NCBI GenBank assembly: GCA_934229535.1
Contig: CAKQDS010000014.1
Coordinates: 10,199 to 34,198, forward strand
From: an uncultured Anaeroplasmataceae bacterium
Lineage (GTDB): Bacteria; Bacillota_I; Bacilli_A; Acholeplasmatales; Anaeroplasmataceae
Length of the DNA: 24,000 nt
Reading direction: 5' to 3'
Shown here: in pieces, positions 1-9,893 of the stretch
How positions within the stretch are numbered: the first letter of the stretch is position 1
Layout of the letters: the number at the start of each line of letters is the position of its first letter
Notes under the pieces: model-generated
The model's input: only the letters and a program-made list of their open reading frames with translations
What the model was told of the DNA's origin: nothing
Databases searched by the model: none
Translations under genes and position numbers: made by a program

Positions 1-1
1 A

Positions 2-1177
2 TTATTTGTTGTATTTTGTGTTCCTAATTTTAAATTTAATGGGCTGGTTTTCAATTTGTATGATTTATTAATCCCTATTTGTTTTATTTTGAAATATATG
101 TTTAATGGGATTAAAATAAATTCATGCAATAAAAAAATACTTATTTTCACTATTTTTGCCTTTTTTTCTTTGATTGTAAATCAAAAAATAACTGGAGATT
201 ATCAAGTTTCACCATTTTTAAAATTGTATAGAATTACTTATTTGGCGTTGGTTCCACTTAGTTTCGATTATTCATATGAATTTGTTTTTGATAAGAAAAT
301 GATGGCATATGTTTGTAAATTGTTATTTATAAATTGCATTTTTGGATTATTGATATTCCATTTTCAAGTTGAATGGTTTGGAATTACTGAAAAATTTATG
401 TTTAATGGTAGGTATTTATTTAGAAATGGTGGAATTTTTGGTGAGGCTAATTCGTATTCCGTTTTTTTAGTTTTAACTTGTATCTATTTAGTTCCGTTAT
501 TAATAAATTTCGACAAACAAAATGCTATAAGTAAAATATTTCAAATCGTAACATTTGGACTTGCATTATTAAATATTTTATATACAGATTCAAGAACAGG
601 AATGGTTTGTTTTTTGATTGGAATGGCAGTGATAATTTTATTTTCAAAAAAAAGTATATATGAAAAATTGATTTTTTTAATTAGCTCAGTTGCTGTGTTA
701 CTTACATTGTATTTACTTATTCCTTCTTTTAATAATTTTATAGATAATCGTATTTTGAAATACGTTGGTAATGTTAAAGAATTATCATCTGGAAGGATTG
801 ATTTATGGAAAAATGAGTGGAATAATTGGAATAAAAACATCAAGAATGTATTGATTGGCTATGGTTTTAGAATGAACTATATCATGGATGGACAAAATAT
901 GCCAAATGGTATTACGGATAATATATACTTAAATATTCTGTTCTCAACTGGGATAATTGGCTTTTTTTTAATCACTTTGTGGTATTTAGATTTGTTTAAA
1001 AGAGTATTAAAATCAAAGGATAATTATAAAATGGCATTTTTAATAATCTTTATGGTAGCAGGATTATTTTTAGATATTTTAACAAGTACAAAAATTTTGA
1101 TTTTTATTTCAATATTATGTAATAATAAGAAGGTGTTTAATGATGAAAATTCTATCGATTTGTATTCCAACGTTTAA
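2..1177 (+). CDS. wzy: Wzy-like polysaccharide/O-antigen polymerase (O-antigen ligase family membrane protein), probably 5'-truncated by the window edge
   Basis: Multi-pass hydrophobic protein. The segment LYTDSRTGMVCFLIGMAVIIL resembles the Wzy_C/O-antigen-ligase signature, and the gene sits in a cluster with wzx. The ORF track starts at TTG (56), but the frame stays open back to base 2 and the upstream residues (LFVVFCVPNFKFNGLVFN) are also membrane-like. Confidence 0.6.
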   Translation, partial: LFVVFCVPNFKFNGLVFNLYDLLIPICFILKYMFNGIKINSCNKKILIFTIFAFFSLIVNQKITGDYQVSPFLKLYRITYLALVPLSFDYSYEFVFDKKMMAYVCKLLFINCIFGLLIFHFQVEWFGITEKFMFNGRYLFRNGGIFGEANSYSVFLVLTCIYLVPLLINFDKQNAISKIFQIVTFGLALLNILYTDSRTGMVCFLIGMAVIILFSKKSIYEKLIFLISSVAVLLTLYLLIPSFNNFIDNRILKYVGNVKELSSGRIDLWKNEWNNWNKNIKNVLIGYGFRMNYIMDGQNMPNGITDNIYLNILFSTGIIGFFLITLWYLDLFKRVLKSKDNYKMAFLIIFMVAGLFLDILTSTKILIFISILCNNKKVFNDENSIDLYSNV

Positions 1178-2105
1178 TAGATCGAAAAAATTATCTAATT
1201 GTTTAGATTCGATTGTTTTGCAATTTGATGATAAATTAGTGGAAGAGGTTGATGTTCATATATTTGATAATGATTCGACTGATAATACAGAAGAAGTTTG
1301 CAAAAATTATATGAATAAATATTCTTTCATTTATTATCATAAAAAAAATGAAAATGTTGGACCGGACAAAAATTTTTTATCTATTTTGAAAAGTGATATT
1401 CAGTCACAGTTTTATCATTTAATGTCAGATGATGATATATATAGAGATAAAATTAAAGAACTTTCAAATTATTTAAAGGAAAATAGTGATTTGCATTTTG
1501 TGTATTTGAATATTGAATATTTTTGGGAAAACGAATACGATGCAAGTATTAGACATAAAAGAATGTCAGCAATTAATAAGAATTTGATTAATTTAAAAAA
1601 GAGCGAATTTATAAAGATTGTAAAAAATGAATTATCATTTTTATCAGGTATGATTTTTAATTCGAAATATATTAATTCTAAGAACGAAGAACAATTTTAT
1701 AATACTAATTGGTTACAAAGTTATATGTTGTTTAACTCAACTATAAATTCAAATGGCCATTTGGGTTTTTTTGCTAAAGTCACAGTTTCTAAGCGAAACA
1801 TAAATGAAAATCCTGGATATAATCCTATAATCGTATTTGGAGAGAATTATTACAATTTATTGAAATATGCTTGGGAAAATTGTAAATATAATAAGAAAGA
1901 AATGAAAAAATTACTTTCAAGTAGATGGATAAAATTAATTTATTGGGCTAAGATTACGGGAAAAAATAAAAAAGAATGGATGAGATTAATTGAAATTGCC
2001 AAAAATGAAAAAATGAATAAAGTGATTTTATTTTCAAAACTACCAAGATTCATTGCTATTCTATTTCACAAAACGAAAAATATTATCTTAAGAAGGAGTA
2101 ATTAG
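1140..2105 (+). CDS. Family 2 glycosyltransferase
   Basis: The N-terminus MMKILSICIPTFNRSKKLSNCLDSI, followed by FDNDSTDNT and MSDDD acidic motifs, is typical of GT-A/GT2 enzymes. AAGGTG RBS at 1127-1132. The gene overlaps the wzy 3' end by 38 nt. Confidence 0.85.
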   Translation: MMKILSICIPTFNRSKKLSNCLDSIVLQFDDKLVEEVDVHIFDNDSTDNTEEVCKNYMNKYSFIYYHKKNENVGPDKNFLSILKSDIQSQFYHLMSDDDIYRDKIKELSNYLKENSDLHFVYLNIEYFWENEYDASIRHKRMSAINKNLINLKKSEFIKIVKNELSFLSGMIFNSKYINSKNEEQFYNTNWLQSYMLFNSTINSNGHLGFFAKVTVSKRNINENPGYNPIIVFGENYYNLLKYAWENCKYNKKEMKKLLSSRWIKLIYWAKITGKNKKEWMRLIEIAKNEKMNKVILFSKLPRFIAILFHKTKNIILRRSN

Positions 2106-2108
2106 ATT

Positions 2109-2885
2109 ATGAAGGTTGTAATTTTAGCTGGTGGCTTAGGAACGAGAATATCTGAGGAATCTCATTTAAAACCAAAGCCAATGATTGAAATTGGTGAAAT
2201 GCCAATTTTAGTTCATATTATGAAAATTTTTTCTGCACAAGGGTTTAATGATTTTATTATATGTGCAGGATACAAACAGAATATTATTAAGGAATATTTT
2301 GCTCATTATTTTTTGTATAATAATGATGTTACATTTGACATGATGTCAAATCAAAGAATTATTCATGAACGTTCAAATGATAATTGGAAAGTGACAGTTG
2401 TCGATACTGGCTTACATACTCAAACTGGTGGAAGAATTAAACGTATTCAAAAATATATTGGGAATGAACCATTTATTGTTACTTATGGTGATGCTGTTGG
2501 TGACATAAATATGAATGAAGTTATTGAAACACATATTAAATCTGGAAAGATTGGGACGATGTCTGTATACAATTTTGGACAATCGAAAGGTGTGGTTGAT
2601 ATTAATAAAGATGGTACCATTGCTGCATTTAGAGAAAAGTCTGATTTTGATGGAGATTTAATAAATATTGGTTTTATGGTTATGGAACCACAAATTTTTG
2701 ATTATATTGCTGGTGATGAAGTACCATTTGAGGATTATCCTTTGAAAACGTTGGTTAAAAATAAAGAACTTTCTTATTATATTCACAAAGGATATTGGCA
2801 ATGTATGGATACATTGAATGAAAGAAACAAATTAGAAGAACTGTGGATTAATGGTAAAGCTCCATGGAAAATTTGGAATGATTAA
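2109..2885 (+). CDS. rfbF: Glucose-1-phosphate cytidylyltransferase (CDP-glucose pyrophosphorylase)
   Basis: MKVVILAGGLGTRISEESHLKPKPMIEIG...ILVHIMKIFS..GFNDFIICAGYK and a length of 258 aa match the RfbF/DdhA family. AGGAG RBS lies just upstream. Confidence 0.93.
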   Translation: MKVVILAGGLGTRISEESHLKPKPMIEIGEMPILVHIMKIFSAQGFNDFIICAGYKQNIIKEYFAHYFLYNNDVTFDMMSNQRIIHERSNDNWKVTVVDTGLHTQTGGRIKRIQKYIGNEPFIVTYGDAVGDINMNEVIETHIKSGKIGTMSVYNFGQSKGVVDINKDGTIAAFREKSDFDGDLINIGFMVMEPQIFDYIAGDEVPFEDYPLKTLVKNKELSYYIHKGYWQCMDTLNERNKLEELWINGKAPWKIWND

Positions 2886-2913
2886 CACATTTCTTTATGT
2901 ATAGGAGGCAACT

Positions 2914-3972
2914 ATGCTTGATTTAGAGTTTTATAAGGATAAAAGAGTCCTTGTTACTGGTCATACAGGCTTCAAGGGATCATGGTTATGTAAAATATTA
3001 ATAAATGCTGGAACTGTTGTTTGTGGTTATTCTTTAGAACCACCAACAACGCCTAATTTATTTTCACTTGCGAATGTTGAAAATAAAATGATATCAGTAA
3101 TTGGAGACATTAGAGATTATGATCATTTAAAAGAAATATTTGATGATTTTAAACCGGAAATTGTCTTTCATTTGGCGGCACAACCAATTGTTAGAGATTC
3201 ATACAAAATGCCTAAGTATACATATGAAACTAATGTTATTGGCACTGTCAATATATTAGAATGCATTAGATTATCTAAAACAGTAAAATCTTTTTTAAAT
3301 GTTACTACGGATAAAGTATATTTAAATGACGATATTCCTAATCATCCTTTTAAGGAAAATGAACCATTAGATGGCTATGATCCTTATAGTAATTCAAAAT
3401 CTTGTAGCGAACTTGTTACGCATAGTTATAAAAAATCATTTTTTACGGATGGAAGATGTGCTATTTCAACAGCAAGAGCTGGAAATGTAATTGGTGGTGG
3501 CGATTTTGCTAATGATCGAATTATTCCTGATTGTATAAGAGCAATAGAAGAGAAAAAAGAGATAGTAGTTAGAAATCCTTTTTCAACTAGACCTTATCAG
3601 CATGTTTTAGAACCTTTATACGTATACCTTGAAATATGTGAAAAACAGTACAAAGATATAAAATATACTGGTTACTATAACGTTGGACCTGATGATTGTG
3701 ATTGTATCAATACTGGTGATTTAGTTACTATGTTTTGTGAAACTTGGGGAAATGATTTAGCATGGGTTAATAAATACGATGGTGGACCACACGAGGCATC
3801 TTTTTTAAAACTTGATAATTCTAAAATCAAAAATACTTTCGGGTGGAAACCAAGATGGCATATTGATAAAACTATTGAAATGATAGTTAGATGGACAAAA
3901 GTATATTTTGAAGATAAAGAGTCCATTTCTAGAGAAATGGACGAAGAAATAAAATTATTTATGGAGGCATAG
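2914..3972 (+). CDS. rfbG: CDP-glucose 4,6-dehydratase
   Basis: FYKDKRVLVTGHTGFKGSWL Rossmann N-terminus, YSNSKSCSE (YxxxK) catalytic motif, 352 aa, immediately downstream of rfbF. GGAGG RBS. Confidence 0.93.
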   Translation: MLDLEFYKDKRVLVTGHTGFKGSWLCKILINAGTVVCGYSLEPPTTPNLFSLANVENKMISVIGDIRDYDHLKEIFDDFKPEIVFHLAAQPIVRDSYKMPKYTYETNVIGTVNILECIRLSKTVKSFLNVTTDKVYLNDDIPNHPFKENEPLDGYDPYSNSKSCSELVTHSYKKSFFTDGRCAISTARAGNVIGGGDFANDRIIPDCIRAIEEKKEIVVRNPFSTRPYQHVLEPLYVYLEICEKQYKDIKYTGYYNVGPDDCDCINTGDLVTMFCETWGNDLAWVNKYDGGPHEASFLKLDNSKIKNTFGWKPRWHIDKTIEMIVRWTKVYFEDKESISREMDEEIKLFMEA

Positions 3973-5804
3973 TGATGAAAAAGAAAATTGCAGAACATTT
4001 TGCTCAATACTTAGTTAATCAAGAAATTGTTTATGATTTTACAGTTCCAGGTGGAGGATCTATGCACCTTAATGATGCATTTGCGCATCAAAATGGAATG
4101 AATTGTGTTTATGTTCAACATGAACAGGCTGCTGCCATTGCTGCTGAGGCTTATGCACGTTTGAATAAACAGATACCAGTTGTATGTGTTACTACTGGAC
4201 CTGGTGGCACAAATACTTTGACTGGTGTTTTAGGAGCATGGTTAGATTCTATTCCAATGCTAATTATTTCTGGACAAGTTAGATATGCAACTACTGCTAG
4301 AGCTGCAGGTGTAGCAGTTAGAGCTATGGGAGATCAAGAATTCGATATTGTAAAAGTAGTAGAACCTATGACTAAATATGCTGAAATGCTAAATGACCCT
4401 AAATTAGCAATGTATCACTTAGAAAAGGCTTTATTTTTAGCTAAAAATGGTCGACCAGGACCAGTATGGTTAGATGTTCCTCTTGATATTCAATCTAAAA
4501 TTATTGATGATTCTGAGTTTGTACATTTTGATCCTGTAAGTGAGGGATTCACATCAACTTATGATGTTGATGACGAAGTTATTGATAAAGTTATTGAAAA
4601 AATAAAAAAATCAAAACGACCAACGTTTAATGCTGGAAATGGTATTAGAATTGCAAATGCATTTACAGAATTTAGAAAAGTAATAGATTTATTACAAATT
4701 CCAGTAGTAACGGGATGGGATAGTATTGATCTAATTGAAGATGATAACCAGTTATATGTTGGTAGAGCTGGTCTGATGGGGGATAGACCTGGTAATTGGG
4801 CCATTCAAAATAGTGATCTTGTATTATCTGTAGGTTCTAGATTAGGAGTTAGACAAGTTGGCTATGATAAAACTAAGTGGGCTAGAGAAGCCTTTGTTAT
4901 AATGGTTGATATTGATGAAGCAGAGTTAATAAAACCATCTATTCATGTTGAAATGCCAATTCAGGCAGATGCAAAAAAATTTCTTTCTAGATTGATAGCG
5001 AGACTTGAACAACCTTTAAATCCAAAAAAAGAATGGAATGAAATTTGCCAAGGATGGAAAAAAAATTATCCTGTCGTTTTGCCTAAACATTATACTGAGG
5101 CTCCATTGGCTAATGTTTATTGTTTTATTAAAGAATTAAGTAAACGTCTACCTGAAAATAAGATTACAGTTGTTGGAAATGGTTCAGCATGTGTTGTTGG
5201 AAGTCATGGATATGAAATTAAAAAAGGTCAAAGATTCATTATTAATAGTGGTGCAGCTTCAATGGGATATGATATTCCAGCTGCAATTGGAGCATGTTTT
5301 GCTGTGAAGGATGAAATAATATGTTTATCTGGAGATGGATCTATTCAAATGAATTTACAAGAATTACAAACTATAGTTCATCACAAACTTCCAATAAAAA
5401 TATTTGTTATTAATAATGATGGTTATCATTCAATGAGACAAACTGAAGCTAATTTATTTCCTGAGCATACACCTTTTGGTGTTGGTCCACATGACTCATA
5501 TGATATTTCATTTCCTTCAATGGAGAAAATATCATATGCTTATGGCATTCCATATATTTCAATAATGAAAAATTCAGAAATGATAAAACTTGATTCTATT
5601 TTATCTAAAAAAGGCCCAATGATAATTGAAGTATTTGTTGATAAAAATCAAAAATTCGAGCCTAAATCAGCAACGAAAAAGTATCCAGATGGTACTTTAG
5701 TTTCACCACCTTTAGAAGATTTAGCACCTTTCCTATCAAGAGATGAATTGAAAAAAAATATGATTATTCCTATGTTGGAAGATGGAAATCCTTTATTAAA
5801 ATGA
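3972..5804 (+). CDS. Thiamine-diphosphate-dependent enzyme of the acetolactate-synthase-large-subunit family, candidate sugar C-branching enzyme (YerE-like)
   Basis: Cofactor-activating HE in VQHEQAAAIAAEAYAR. Canonical ThDP motif GDGS-x25-NN (LSGDGSIQMNLQELQTIVHHKLPIKIFVINNDGY, nt 5331-5417). 610 aa. The start may be GTG 3972 or ATG 3975, with GGAGG at 3963-3967. Confidence 0.85.
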   Translation: MMKKKIAEHFAQYLVNQEIVYDFTVPGGGSMHLNDAFAHQNGMNCVYVQHEQAAAIAAEAYARLNKQIPVVCVTTGPGGTNTLTGVLGAWLDSIPMLIISGQVRYATTARAAGVAVRAMGDQEFDIVKVVEPMTKYAEMLNDPKLAMYHLEKALFLAKNGRPGPVWLDVPLDIQSKIIDDSEFVHFDPVSEGFTSTYDVDDEVIDKVIEKIKKSKRPTFNAGNGIRIANAFTEFRKVIDLLQIPVVTGWDSIDLIEDDNQLYVGRAGLMGDRPGNWAIQNSDLVLSVGSRLGVRQVGYDKTKWAREAFVIMVDIDEAELIKPSIHVEMPIQADAKKFLSRLIARLEQPLNPKKEWNEICQGWKKNYPVVLPKHYTEAPLANVYCFIKELSKRLPENKITVVGNGSACVVGSHGYEIKKGQRFIINSGAASMGYDIPAAIGACFAVKDEIICLSGDGSIQMNLQELQTIVHHKLPIKIFVINNDGYHSMRQTEANLFPEHTPFGVGPHDSYDISFPSMEKISYAYGIPYISIMKNSEMIKLDSILSKKGPMIIEVFVDKNQKFEPKSATKKYPDGTLVSPPLEDLAPFLSRDELKKNMIIPMLEDGNPLLK

Positions 5805-6730
5805 TTAAAATTAATAAAGTAGTTATTACTGGTCCAACTGGTGCTGTTGGTGTTGCATTAATAAATGAATTCATTTCAAAAAATGTAGAAATTTATGCCA
5901 TTTGCAGAGTAAATTCTAAGCGAATCAATAATATTCCAAAGCACAGATTAGTCCATATTATTGAGTGTAATATGAATCAATATAAATCTTTAGTAAGTGT
6001 TTTACCTCATGATATTGATGCTTTTTATCATTTCGCATGGGATGGAACGTATGGTGAATCTCGAAATAATCCGCTAGTTCAAACTAAGAATATTGAGTAT
6101 TCTATGGATTCTGTATTTTTAGCGAAAGAACTAAATTGTAAAGTTTATGTTGGTGCTGGATCCCAAAGCGAGTATGGCCATTCAAATGAAGTAAAAGGTC
6201 CAACTGACTATTGTTTTCCAGATAATTTTTATGGTGCTGCCAAATTATCTACTTCGCATATGACTAGAGTATATTGTTCGCAACTTGGCATTAAACATAT
6301 TTGGTGTAGAATATTTAGTTTATTTGGTCCTTATGATGGTGATTATACTATGATTATGTCATCTATTAAAAAAATGCTCAATAATGAAGATTGCAAATTT
6401 ACAGCTGGTGATCAAATTTGGGATTATATTTATTCAAAAGATGCTGCAAAGGCTTTTCGACTAGTTGCTGAAAAAGGAATCGATGGAAGTGTATATTGCA
6501 TTGCATCTGGTCAAACAAGACCTTTAAAAGAATATATTAAATCAATGCACAAATTGGTTAATATTAATTGTAAAATTTTACTTGGAGCAATTCCTTATTA
6601 TGAGCATCAAGCAATGAATCTTACAGCTGACATATCAAATTTAAAAAGTGATACAGGCTTTGAGCCGAAATATACTTTTGAAGAAGGAATTAAAGATTTG
6701 GTGGGACTAATTAAAAATGAAGATAATTAA
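5801..6730 (+). CDS. NAD(P)-dependent epimerase/reductase (extended SDR) acting on a nucleotide sugar
   Basis: VVITGPTGAVGVALINEF glycine-rich Rossmann motif and YGAAKLS (YxxxK). ATGA start/stop overlap with the ThDP gene (5801-5804) indicates translational coupling. Confidence 0.85.
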   Translation: MIKINKVVITGPTGAVGVALINEFISKNVEIYAICRVNSKRINNIPKHRLVHIIECNMNQYKSLVSVLPHDIDAFYHFAWDGTYGESRNNPLVQTKNIEYSMDSVFLAKELNCKVYVGAGSQSEYGHSNEVKGPTDYCFPDNFYGAAKLSTSHMTRVYCSQLGIKHIWCRIFSLFGPYDGDYTMIMSSIKKMLNNEDCKFTAGDQIWDYIYSKDAAKAFRLVAEKGIDGSVYCIASGQTRPLKEYIKSMHKLVNINCKILLGAIPYYEHQAMNLTADISNLKSDTGFEPKYTFEEGIKDLVGLIKNEDN

Positions 6731-7244
6731 TAGAATTAAAAAAGCTATAAAAATTTTTTATAATTGGATTTTTAAGAAAATTCCATTAAAGAATATATAT
6801 TTTGGAAAAAATTGTTGTATTATTAGAAATAAAACAAAGATGCTAACAATAGAAAATAAATTTCATATGGACGATAATGGATTTTTTTTCAATGATCTTG
6901 ATGCAGAATTAAGAATTGGAAAGAATTTTTACATTAATAGAAATGGATATATTGCATGCTCAAAAAAAATAATTATTGGAGATAATGTTACTATTGGACC
7001 TAATTGTGTAATTGTTGATAGTGATCATAATTTCTTATCTAAAGATAGAAAAAATGAGTATACAAAAGGTGAAATATTAATAGGTAATAATGTCTGGATT
7101 GGAGCAAATTGTGTAATACTTAAAAATGTTAAAATTGGAGATAATGCTGTTATTTCTGCTGGGAGTATTGTTTCTAAAGATGTACCAGCAAATACAATTC
7201 TAATACAAAAAAAAGAATGTTATTATAAAACAATTGGTAAATAG
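6717..7244 (+). CDS. Hexapeptide-repeat (left-handed beta-helix) O-acetyltransferase
   Basis: Repeated [LIV]-G-x4 hexapeptides: IGDNVTIGPNCVIVDSDHNF...IGNNVWIGANCVILKNVKIGDNAVISAGSIVSKDVP. Overlaps the SDR gene by 14 nt. Confidence 0.85.
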   Translation: MKIINRIKKAIKIFYNWIFKKIPLKNIYFGKNCCIIRNKTKMLTIENKFHMDDNGFFFNDLDAELRIGKNFYINRNGYIACSKKIIIGDNVTIGPNCVIVDSDHNFLSKDRKNEYTKGEILIGNNVWIGANCVILKNVKIGDNAVISAGSIVSKDVPANTILIQKKECYYKTIGK

Positions 7245-7259
7245 GAATGAGTTGATTAC

Positions 7260-8735
7260 ATGAAAAAGGACAGTTTACAAAAGAATTTTATATATAATAT
7301 GCTTAGTCAAATTATTACTCTATTAGTACCATTAATTTCAACACCATATGTTTCAAGAATTTTGCATGAAGATGGAGTTGGACAAGCAAGCTTTTCATTA
7401 GCTATGATATCATATTTTACTCTTTTTGCTAGTTTAGGTTTTGCTTCTTATGGTCAAAGAGAAATCGCTAAGTATCAAAACGAACCTGAAAAACAATCTG
7501 TTATATTTCATGAAATAAATATTTCTAGATTGTTTACAACAATATTAGCATTTGTTGTTTTTGTAATAATATTTTTCACTTCTGGATTTGGCGAAAAATA
7601 TAATTTTTTGATTTTAGTTTCATCCATTAATTTGATTGCTGTCATATTTGATATTAGTTTTTATTATCAAGGTATTGAAAAATTTAAAGCAATTGCTATA
7701 AGAACTATCATTTTAAAATTGATAGGTTTGATAGGAATTTTACTTTTTGTTAAAAGCGCAAATGATACATGGATATATATATTATGCACTTGTTTATCAA
7801 CATTTGTTTCCAATTTAGTTATGTGGCCTTCAGCATTAAAGAGAGTTGGTTTCAAAAAAATTAAGGAACTAAATATATGGCATCATTTTTTACCATCTTT
7901 TCTAATTTTTTTACCAACATTGGCGGTGACAATTTATTCGGTATTAGATAGAACAATGATAGGTTATTTAGCGCCTAACCCAGATTATGCGAATGGCTGT
8001 TATGAACAAGCTTATAAGATTAATTCGATGGCTTTAATGCCTATGGCTGTAATTGCCAGTATTTTAATTCCTAGAAATGCTTATGATTATCAACATAATA
8101 ATATAAATGAACTTAAGGATCACATTTATTTTTCATCAAGGATGGTATGGTTCCTTGGACTACCAATTATTGCGGCATTTATTGTTTTATCTAAAAATTT
8201 ATCTTTCTGGTTTTTAGGAGAAGGATATGATTCTGTTCCATTATTGCTTATTATAATGTCACTTAGAATGATTTTTTCCGGTTTTGGAACTGTATTTGGC
8301 ACAATTTTATTTATACCAATAGGAAAAGAAAAATATTCAACATATGCAACTATGGCTGGTGCGTTGCTTAATTTTATATTAAATTTAATTTTGATTCCTA
8401 AATATGGTGCTGTTGGCGCAGCATTAACTACAGCGTTAACAGAATTTATAGTAACTTTTGTATTGTGTATTTTCGTTTTTAAGAGTAAGATTGTGTTATT
8501 AAAAAAATGTTTTTTTATGGCAATTAAATATTTAATATCTTCAATTATAATGCTAATACCAATCTATTTTACACAAAAATATTTAAACTATTCAATATTA
8601 AGCTTTTGTATAATTTCGATTGAAGGATTCATTATATATATATTATGTCTTTTAATTATGAAGGAAAAATTGTTATGGAGTGTAATAAATTGTATACTTA
8701 ATAAGTTGAAAATGTTTTTTTTCTATGTCGGATAA
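7260..8735 (+). CDS. wzx: Wzx-type oligosaccharide flippase (MOP superfamily polysaccharide biosynthesis protein)
   Basis: 491 aa with about 12-14 TM segments. The N-terminus NFIYNMLSQIITLLVPLISTPYVSRILHEDGVGQASF is typical of RfbX/Wzx flippases. Confidence 0.85.
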   Translation: MKKDSLQKNFIYNMLSQIITLLVPLISTPYVSRILHEDGVGQASFSLAMISYFTLFASLGFASYGQREIAKYQNEPEKQSVIFHEINISRLFTTILAFVVFVIIFFTSGFGEKYNFLILVSSINLIAVIFDISFYYQGIEKFKAIAIRTIILKLIGLIGILLFVKSANDTWIYILCTCLSTFVSNLVMWPSALKRVGFKKIKELNIWHHFLPSFLIFLPTLAVTIYSVLDRTMIGYLAPNPDYANGCYEQAYKINSMALMPMAVIASILIPRNAYDYQHNNINELKDHIYFSSRMVWFLGLPIIAAFIVLSKNLSFWFLGEGYDSVPLLLIIMSLRMIFSGFGTVFGTILFIPIGKEKYSTYATMAGALLNFILNLILIPKYGAVGAALTTALTEFIVTFVLCIFVFKSKIVLLKKCFFMAIKYLISSIIMLIPIYFTQKYLNYSILSFCIISIEGFIIYILCLLIMKEKLLWSVINCILNKLKMFFFYVG

Positions 8736-9843
8736 TGTTCAGTTCAGTTTACCTAAAACAGCAAAAAGAAACTCTTGGATTGAATTTTTACGAATCATAT
8801 CAATTATTGGTATTGTCATATGTCATGCTTCATATCATGGTGGTATAGCAGAAAATTCTAATGGAATATTACAATATGTTGCTGTTGCTTTTTTACCTTT
8901 GGGAAAAATATTTTTTTGTGTTTTTGCATTTATTTCAAGTTGGTATTTAATTGGAAAAAATATGAAATTTGCACATACTTTAAAATTATGGATTCAAACT
9001 CTTTTGTATAATTTGGTACTATTAATTTTAGCGATTACCATTTTTAAATATAAAGCAAGTACAACTGAAATAATTAAATCTTTTTTGCCGATATTTGGAT
9101 TCGGGGTATCTCATGGTTATATATCTGGATATCTATTATTCATATTATTTCTTCCGTTTATTAATTATTTGGTTAATCAAATTAAATCACGAAATGTTTT
9201 CTGCTTATTAATATTGATATTTACAATTAACATGTTTTGTTCAATTACTCAAATTAATAATGTTGTAACTCAACTATTTGCATTTATACTAATTTACTTG
9301 GTTGCTTTCTTTTTGAGAAAAATATACAGCACCGGTAAAAAGATTAATATAAAAATATTAGCTATGATTGTTTTAATAAGTTATTTATTATCTTATCTTT
9401 CATATCTTTTGGTATATGTACAAAACAATAGAATTGGAAATTTAATTATGAGGATTTTATGTATAGATGAACGTTCTCCATTAAATTTAATTGCTGCTTC
9501 ATCACTATTTATGTTTTTTATTTATTTAAAACCAATTAATAATAAAATAATTAATTTTTTGGCTAAACCAACTTTAGACATTTTATTATTACATGATAGT
9601 GGAATATTTAGAAAAATAGTTTGGCTTAACATTTTTTCATCTTTAAATTTTGCAAACAATAATTTTTATTGGTGGATTTTTATTGTTGTTATTATTTTAT
9701 ATTTTTCCGGAATGCTATTGTTTTTAATTAGACATTTTACAATAGATAAAATTATTGATAAGACTTCCAGTATAACTAATTTATGCTGCTTTGTAGATGA
9801 ATTAAATAGTGACATCGCTCAAAAAAATAATGCTATTATATAG
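8725..9843 (+). CDS. Acyltransferase-3 family membrane O-acyltransferase (OafA/WecH-like)
   Basis: RNSWIEFLRIISIIGIVICHASYHG N-terminal motif (R/H-containing first helix) and about 10 TM segments. Overlaps the wzx 3' end by 11 nt. Confidence 0.75.
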   Translation: MSDNVQFSLPKTAKRNSWIEFLRIISIIGIVICHASYHGGIAENSNGILQYVAVAFLPLGKIFFCVFAFISSWYLIGKNMKFAHTLKLWIQTLLYNLVLLILAITIFKYKASTTEIIKSFLPIFGFGVSHGYISGYLLFILFLPFINYLVNQIKSRNVFCLLILIFTINMFCSITQINNVVTQLFAFILIYLVAFFLRKIYSTGKKINIKILAMIVLISYLLSYLSYLLVYVQNNRIGNLIMRILCIDERSPLNLIAASSLFMFFIYLKPINNKIINFLAKPTLDILLLHDSGIFRKIVWLNIFSSLNFANNNFYWWIFIVVIILYFSGMLLFLIRHFTIDKIIDKTSSITNLCCFVDELNSDIAQKNNAII

Positions 9844-9864
9844 TTTTTATAATAATAACAAAAG

Positions 9865-9893
9865 TTGACTAAATTCTACAAATATTATATAAT
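9865..9893 (+). promoter_or_regulatory. Near-consensus sigma-A promoter for the wzz-like gene
   Basis: TTGACT (9865-9870), a 17-nt spacer, then TATAAT (9888-9893). AGAGGTGG RBS at 9912-9919 and ATG at 9923. Confidence 0.6.

Noticed and set aside
541-843. 100-aa antisense ORF inside the wzy-like gene
   Set aside because: It lies entirely within a well-supported sense gene. It has no RBS and a low-complexity, AT-driven composition typical of shadow ORFs.
3675-4007. 110-aa antisense ORF spanning the rfbG / ThDP-enzyme junction
   Set aside because: It is antisense to two strongly recognisable genes and has no motif or RBS support, so it is a shadow ORF.
4559-4804. 81-aa antisense ORF inside the ThDP-enzyme gene
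   Set aside because: Shadow ORF opposite a conserved coding region.
7667-7855. 62-aa antisense ORF inside wzx
   Set aside because: Shadow ORF with no start context.
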